From Botryllus schlosseri (Eukaryota), in contig CM119386.1 of the NCBI GenBank assembly GCA_051294905.1, forward strand, positions 992,001-1,056,000: DNA of 64,000 bases, written 5' to 3'. The notes below the pieces were generated by a model. The model saw only the letters and a program-made list of their open reading frames with translations. It was not told the DNA's origin and made no database searches. The translations under genes and the position numbers were made by a program. Positions 58,176 through 64,000 of the stretch are shown here, piece by piece (the stretch's first letter is position 1; each line of letters starts with the position of its first letter).

Positions 58176-60612
58176 CAGTGGTTCTTAACCTTGCCTCCAG
58201 CGCCCCCCAGGGGGCGCTGGCGATTTTGATGGGGGGCGGAAACGCTCAGGGGGCGATATGGGGGGCGCTGGGCTCAGGGGGGCGGTATGGGGGGCGCTGG
58301 AGAAAAATGGCTTCGCAGTAGATGATGTGGTAGTAGCAGGGTTGTAACCAAGTCACAAGGCTCCGAGTCACAAGTCAATCTCACTTTTATAGTTTTGACT
58401 CGAGTCAAGTTCCCACCGAGTCAAGTCCGAGTCCAAGTCAGCGAACAGAGGATCGAGTCCGAGTCCAAGTCATTGTGTTGACTGCTCAGTTTCCAGTTAA
58501 AGTCTTCCTAAACCCACTTCTTTAACTCTGTTTGGTGATATTGAATGGTTCGCATTTATAATATATCAACTTTCCTCACTTTTAGCAGTTTCTGGTCGCA
58601 TTTTCAAGCACCAGTACCAACAAACGAAATCCCAATAGTGTGTTGGCTTCGAAATTACAATGAAATGTCGGTCTTCGCCGTCTGAATCTCGAGTCAATGA
58701 CTTGCTTCGAGTCATACGCAATGACTCGAGTCCAAGTCGAGTCAATGCACAGATTGACTCGAGTCGAGTCGAGTCATTTCCGTATTTTAAGAAAATGACT
58801 CGAGTCGAGTCGAGTCATACGAAAATCGTGACTCGAGTCTGACTCGAGTCGAGTCATGACTCGAGTCATTACAACCCTGGGTAGTAGGACATGGCCTTAA
58901 TGAGTATATTCAGAGCGAATTAACACCGAAAACTTCGTTATTTATAGCCTACAAAAGAAATATAGGTTTAATTGTCCATAGGCGCCTAAATGACTGACCA
59001 CGAATGTTCCTGTCTTGGCAATCTGAACCTAAGAAGACGAATTCCATCTGGCAGGGAAAAATAATAAAATAATATGTCAGTGAAGAAATACCGATTTGAA
59101 ATCGTGTGCGTCTTTTAGTTTAGTACGATTGGACGACAGGGATATATAGAACTAGATATCCCCGTTGGGCGATGTCCCTGTTGGGCGATTCTATATTTTT
59201 TGATATAGCAGACAGGAGGTCACGAAATAACATCATGCTACGAAGTCATATCAACGGGTCCGCCCGCCCGGCTATGTTTAATTATTACTTACGGGCCCTA
59301 CAGTTTCCAAGACACCTCACAATGTTCCCTCTACGTTTTGACGAGTCTGCGCACACTCACAAACTCACTGCGCAGACCCTTGGACAACAGTGCGTAACGA
59401 CTAAAATAAGGTCATAACTTCGGATTTGTTGTGCGCAACGTATATTTTTTGTGCGCAGAGACCGTTTCAGCACTGCGCACGTGCGCAGCTTAGAGGGAAC
59501 ATTGCACCTCACTCAGCTCTACCGGTAAATCTGGTAACGTGAGCGGAGAGGACAAGAAATTGATAGCAATATATATGCAATTCCCGATCTTATTGACCGA
59601 TTTTATCGTGAATTATCGAAAATTTTCGCGCTTTCCACTGTCTCGCTAAACAGTACAGCTGATTTCGTGGCAAAAGCGAACAACGTGATGGGAGGGGGCG
59701 GTCGGTTTATCACCCTATGGAAGCCCAAGACCCAAGTTTTTTTCGGCGGGCCTGACGAAGTGTCGTTTCGTTCCTGCCAACGGGTATACGCCCTAAGATG
59801 TATAATTATTATTGAGGGGTCCTACCCGTTCGATCACACATCACTCAGCTCTACCGGTAAATCTGTTTACGTGAGCAGAGAAAGGATAAAAATTGATATT
59901 AATATATATGCACTTCCCGATCATATTGACCAATTCAATCAATAATTATTGAAACTTTTCGCGCCTCGCGCGTCTAGGCGAGAATAGCTGGCTCAGTAAA
60001 TGCACACCCAATGTAGATGACCAGTATCAATAAATAGCGGATAGCCGAAGGGGGCTCTGAGGGCAGAGCCCCCCGGAAGTTTGGTTTATCTCTCTACGGG
60101 GGACTCAAGACCAACGTTTTTTGGGGGGCTGACGAAGTGCTGTTACGGCCCTGGCAACGAATTAATTGTACCTACGGGCACGCCCGAATATGTTTATTAT
60201 TAATTACGTGCCGTTTATTTTCCAGTACAACAGCTCAGCGCTATTGGTAAATCTGATTACGTGGGCTGAGAGGATAAAAAGTTTATAGCGACATATATAT
60301 GTGATTACCACCTATTCATTTATGGAATATAGAATATTTTGGCACCTAAAGCGACCAGGCCTAGGCCACACAAACTTTGCTGACCATCGAAATCACGCTA
60401 CGGGGTTCTTGGGGCGAAGCCCTCAGAAGTTTGGTTTATCACGCTATGGGTGCGCAAGGCAATCGTTTTTAGGGGAGTTGACGAAGTTCTGTTACGGCCC
60501 TCCCTCTTACTCATTGTCTTTGGTACATTCCTTACAATATGAGGTGGGGGGGCGCTGGAGCCCGATAATCTTTGAAAGGGGGCGCTGGAGGAAAAAAGGT
60601 TAAGAACCACTG
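58176..60612. mobile_element. 2.4-kb non-autonomous Charlie-like hAT element nested in family A copy 2
   Basis: TIR CAGTGGTTCTTAACCTT / AAGGTTAAGAACCACTG; TSD GTGTATAT (58168-58175 and 60613-60620); GGGGGCGCTGG subterminal repeats. Confidence 0.93.
58337..58879. mobile_element. 543-bp MITE with GACTCGAGTC subrepeats, innermost nested element
   Basis: TIR CAGGGTTGTAA / TTACAACCCTG; TSD GGTAGTAG (58329-58336 and 58880-58887). Confidence 0.93.
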
Positions 60613-63600
60613 GTGTATATAGTCGATGGGCAATGCTTTGCTAGTGTGACGTCATATTGACGGTCAATGTGTTACACCTCATTTTAAAATCCGCTAGTGG
60701 GCGCTAAGGAGTGTCCGGAATTTGCTTCACAAAAATATGGCAACCCTATGATACGCAGAATCCGATGTTGCAGTTTTTGCAGTGGATCATATCCGTATTG
60801 TAACATTGATTGGAATGAAGAGTTGAAGATTGATCGTTCTTCCCCAATGAAGCATAAAGATGATCTTAGAGGTACAGTACTTTTGTATACAATTGACTAA
60901 TATAAATGAAACTCCCTGATGAAGGTTTACAATGAAAAGATAGGAAGTCGTTGAAACGACTTGGATCAGTCTTCGTAATCTAATCAGACACCCAACCCTG
61001 TCTAGGCCATATAAAGAAGAGGCATGCACAAACTTTATCTGGAAAATATTAGAAGATAATATAGAATGGACCTGCGATGAAAATGTATGAGGCGAGGTCG
61101 ATGTATCAGATCGCGGTCCGGTAATCTCGAGCGCCGACAAGTATTCATTCAAATAAACAACGTACTTCCCAAAATACAGCTAAAAGTAAATAGTAAAACT
61201 AGGTTTGAAAATAGTGGTCGCCCTCACGGAGAGACAAAACCTATACGAAGGAGAACTGAAGTCAAGAACTATAACAACCATAAACAAAGCAGCGTGACCA
61301 ATAGTAAACTGGCCGTAAACTAAAGACACACGATGCCCAATCAACACGGGGCGCTTATTAGGCTACTTGATTAACAAACGAGGAATTTTCACGCGGTCAC
61401 TTGTAAGACAAACAGACGCAAAATTTAGTAGCACTCAAGTTTTCAGCACAATTTGGTATCGTTCAAAGTGCTGCTTAATTGGATTTACAAATTACGCTCG
61501 CGAAAATCGCAGCAAAATACACTAATTTCGTTCACAGTGTACGCCCCTTTCCATTACATGAGGTATTTTATCAACGAGAGTCAAAGTTTCGATAATTTGA
61601 TTTAAACATTGCTCCCAGCTGCAATGTTCAATTGATTAATATATCCATATTGATGTAAACCAGAATATTTTAACCTGACCATCGTCAGGAGTATAGTCAT
61701 CAGAAACTAATAGAGATTTAAAAACAACTTTGCGAGGTAGTCTAATACCAGTAATGGTGATGCGTCCGGCTTCTCGATCGCTAGGTCGTGGGTTCGATTC
61801 GTTGCCGAGTCAAACCAGAGACTCGAAAACTGGTATCCGCAGCTATCCTGCTAGGCGCTCAGCATCCACGGATAGCACGGAGGAGAAAAAACGGGGGTGC
61901 AGACTAGGTGACCTTACGGTCGTATCGCATCTCCGTCGTCAAAACATCTCGATGGTGCAGGCGAAAAAGAATATAATCTCTCTCTATATATATACAATAC
62001 ATTATACAATATATTCTATCAACCGACCTAGCTGTCCATTTACTTTAAATATTGCCACGAGGTATCGCCACAGGGCTGCAATATTGCGCGTTCAAACTGT
62101 TCTCCTAAGTTTCGGGAATGGAGGCGCGTTGCGTGTGGCTGTGATATTTTCAGGAGAACGCAAGAAATTTCCCTTTAGGTATCTCCTTTGGAACGACTGG
62201 CCAATCTCCCAAATGACAACAACTTGTTCTCATTGAAATGTGGTAAATGCTCAATAATGGTATATTTCTTCGCTCACAATCAAGCTTTGACTATTAGAAA
62301 TTCTAGTTACCTAATTGGACAAATTTTATGAAAAGTTTTTATGCTCTCATTTCGATTCTAATCTAATTTCTGCTTTTCCTGAAAATCTTACAATATAGCT
62401 AACTATATAGTGCGAAACGAGCCAAGCTCGGCGTACAGACATTTGCCACTCTCGTGCTTATGTGAATGAACTCTAATTTGATAGGAACTGAACTCGATAT
62501 TTGTTCAATTTTTTCCGAGTTCGAAATTGAATTGAATTTTCAAGTTTTTCCGAATTCAGTAATTCTAATTCTAATCTAATTTGGAAAGCTCTGCTGACTC
62601 TGTTCACGGTGCATCCCGGCGACAGAACGAGAGAACATTTTCGAAATTTCTCTCGCATTTTCAAGACAGCCGCGCGAACATGTTTCGCATACCACGGAGC
62701 AAGGCTTCACTACAAAGGCCCTCTTCAAGCGAAAGGTCAATGGTGACGTTACAATGATGTGGGTGTTCCGCTATTTTCACCCAAAATTGAAGAGGCCGCG
62801 CGCTTTCGCGTCACGCCTGATTTGACATTTAGTCCCGGCTCGATAACTTCCATGAAAATGAGGTCAAAGTGACAAATTTGAGCATTTTCAAGTATGACAG
62901 TCATTCGAAAATCGCGAGCACTTGGACTCGAATGGGTTCTTGTTTATCTTCCGCGGCATCTTCAACATGGGGTGAGATCCCCTCCATTAATAAGGGGTGA
63001 GACAATGGGTGTATTGTCAGAGGGTAAACAAACCATAAAGGTTAAAAAGCGTGCGCGCTCGTGTGTCATTTTCATTACATCATACGCGATTTTGAAACAA
63101 ATCCGATTATGCACGCAATGATGAGCTAGCGTACTAAGGCGCATTGAAGATAAGGATCGATTTTTTGAGGGGAATAGAATTTTTTGATATTCTCAACATG
63201 ATTCAAAGTTAGCAGTTTAGACATTAATTCTCAAGTCCTTACTCCACTGAACTGCTGTTTCGCGCGACTTGGCGAAATGGATGTTGCTTTAGATCAGTTG
63301 TTCGTAACTGCGGTTCAAATGAGCCCCCTGCATGGGTTCGATGGAGGTCAACACAGCACACGCCCGAGTCTTACAGCTTTGTTGTCACACTGATTTACCG
63401 TAAATATTCATTATCATATTTTTGTTTTGTGTGGAAATCGTGTTTAATGGTTTCGTTTCAACACTGTTGTTGATGCCCAGTTCATTTTGTGCACCGGTGT
63501 TCTAGAGTAATGTATTAGTGTGTAATATGGTGTTTTTTGTGACTAGGCCAAAATTTGGGGTTCACCTAACTAAGGCCTGCAGATTACTGTAAGAGTTCAC

Positions 63601-64000
63601 AGGGTTAGTAAAGCTAAGAACTACTGCTTTACACCTACTGTGGCATTGGGGAGGGTTTTTTAAGACCAAGCATATGGTTTAACCTAAGACAGAAAAGATA
63701 TGATCGGCATAGTGCTTTGAAAAGCTGCTAAAAACACAACCGACGACTGGTTGTTTGCACTGCGATTAAGATTGTTGTCTGGTCACGCATGGTCGATCCA
63801 CATCAGAGAAACGCTATGATGTCATAATCGGTTATCGGTCAGTGTGTTTTCGGTTATGAGATCGCAAGAGTACAGGGGGTTGTGACTCAGCCGGGCTCCC
63901 GAGCGATTCGATAACTATTGTTTATAGCAAAACAGTGGGAAGCGCGTGAAAGCATAACTGACAACAAGCCATCGAATTACTGGCACGCGTCGATTAAATT

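Larger units (their letters stand above)
57181..60748. mobile_element. Family A element, copy 2 (inverted relative to 4254-5349), hosting two nested elements
   Basis: TIR TAGGGTTGCCATA / TATGGCAACCCTA; TSD TGATACGC (57173-57180 and 60749-60756); inserted in a LINE remnant. Confidence 0.93.

Noticed and set aside
61730-63144. ORFs at 61730-62236 and 62894-63144 as a possible sixth gene
   Set aside because: The first is built on a SINE and low-complexity sequence. No recognisable domain or consistent exon chain was found in 61-64 kb.

Overview
Eukaryotic, AT-rich, intron-dense animal DNA, most likely an invertebrate chordate such as an ascidian (inferred from gene content, short introns and repeat style; not proven). 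Five spliced protein-coding genes were reconstructed by hand, each with consistent GT-AG boundaries and reading phases. (1) A delta-type ionotropic glutamate receptor (GluD/GRID-like, +, 2714-17161, 21 exons found, first exon unresolved). It has atypical ligand-binding, pore and gate residues and two possible C-termini. (2) A secreted protein with a signal peptide, short helical segment, three TSP1 repeats and a non-canonical C-type lectin domain (+, 20143-28800). (3) OSTC/DC2 (+, 32336-36287). (4) Smad2/3 (-, 38932-49722) with an unusual L3 loop and an SSIS tail. (5) CFAP95/C9orf135 (+, 52552-55900), head-to-head with the Smad. Introns and intergenic DNA are packed with non-autonomous DNA transposons (many with intact 8-bp TSDs, hAT-like), a pogo/Tigger-like MITE, LINE 3' fragments and tRNA-derived SINEs. 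These include a four-level nested insertion at about 56.6-61 kb. No transposase, CRISPR array, rRNA or true tRNA gene was found. Most ORFs in the supplied track are spurious or are single exons.
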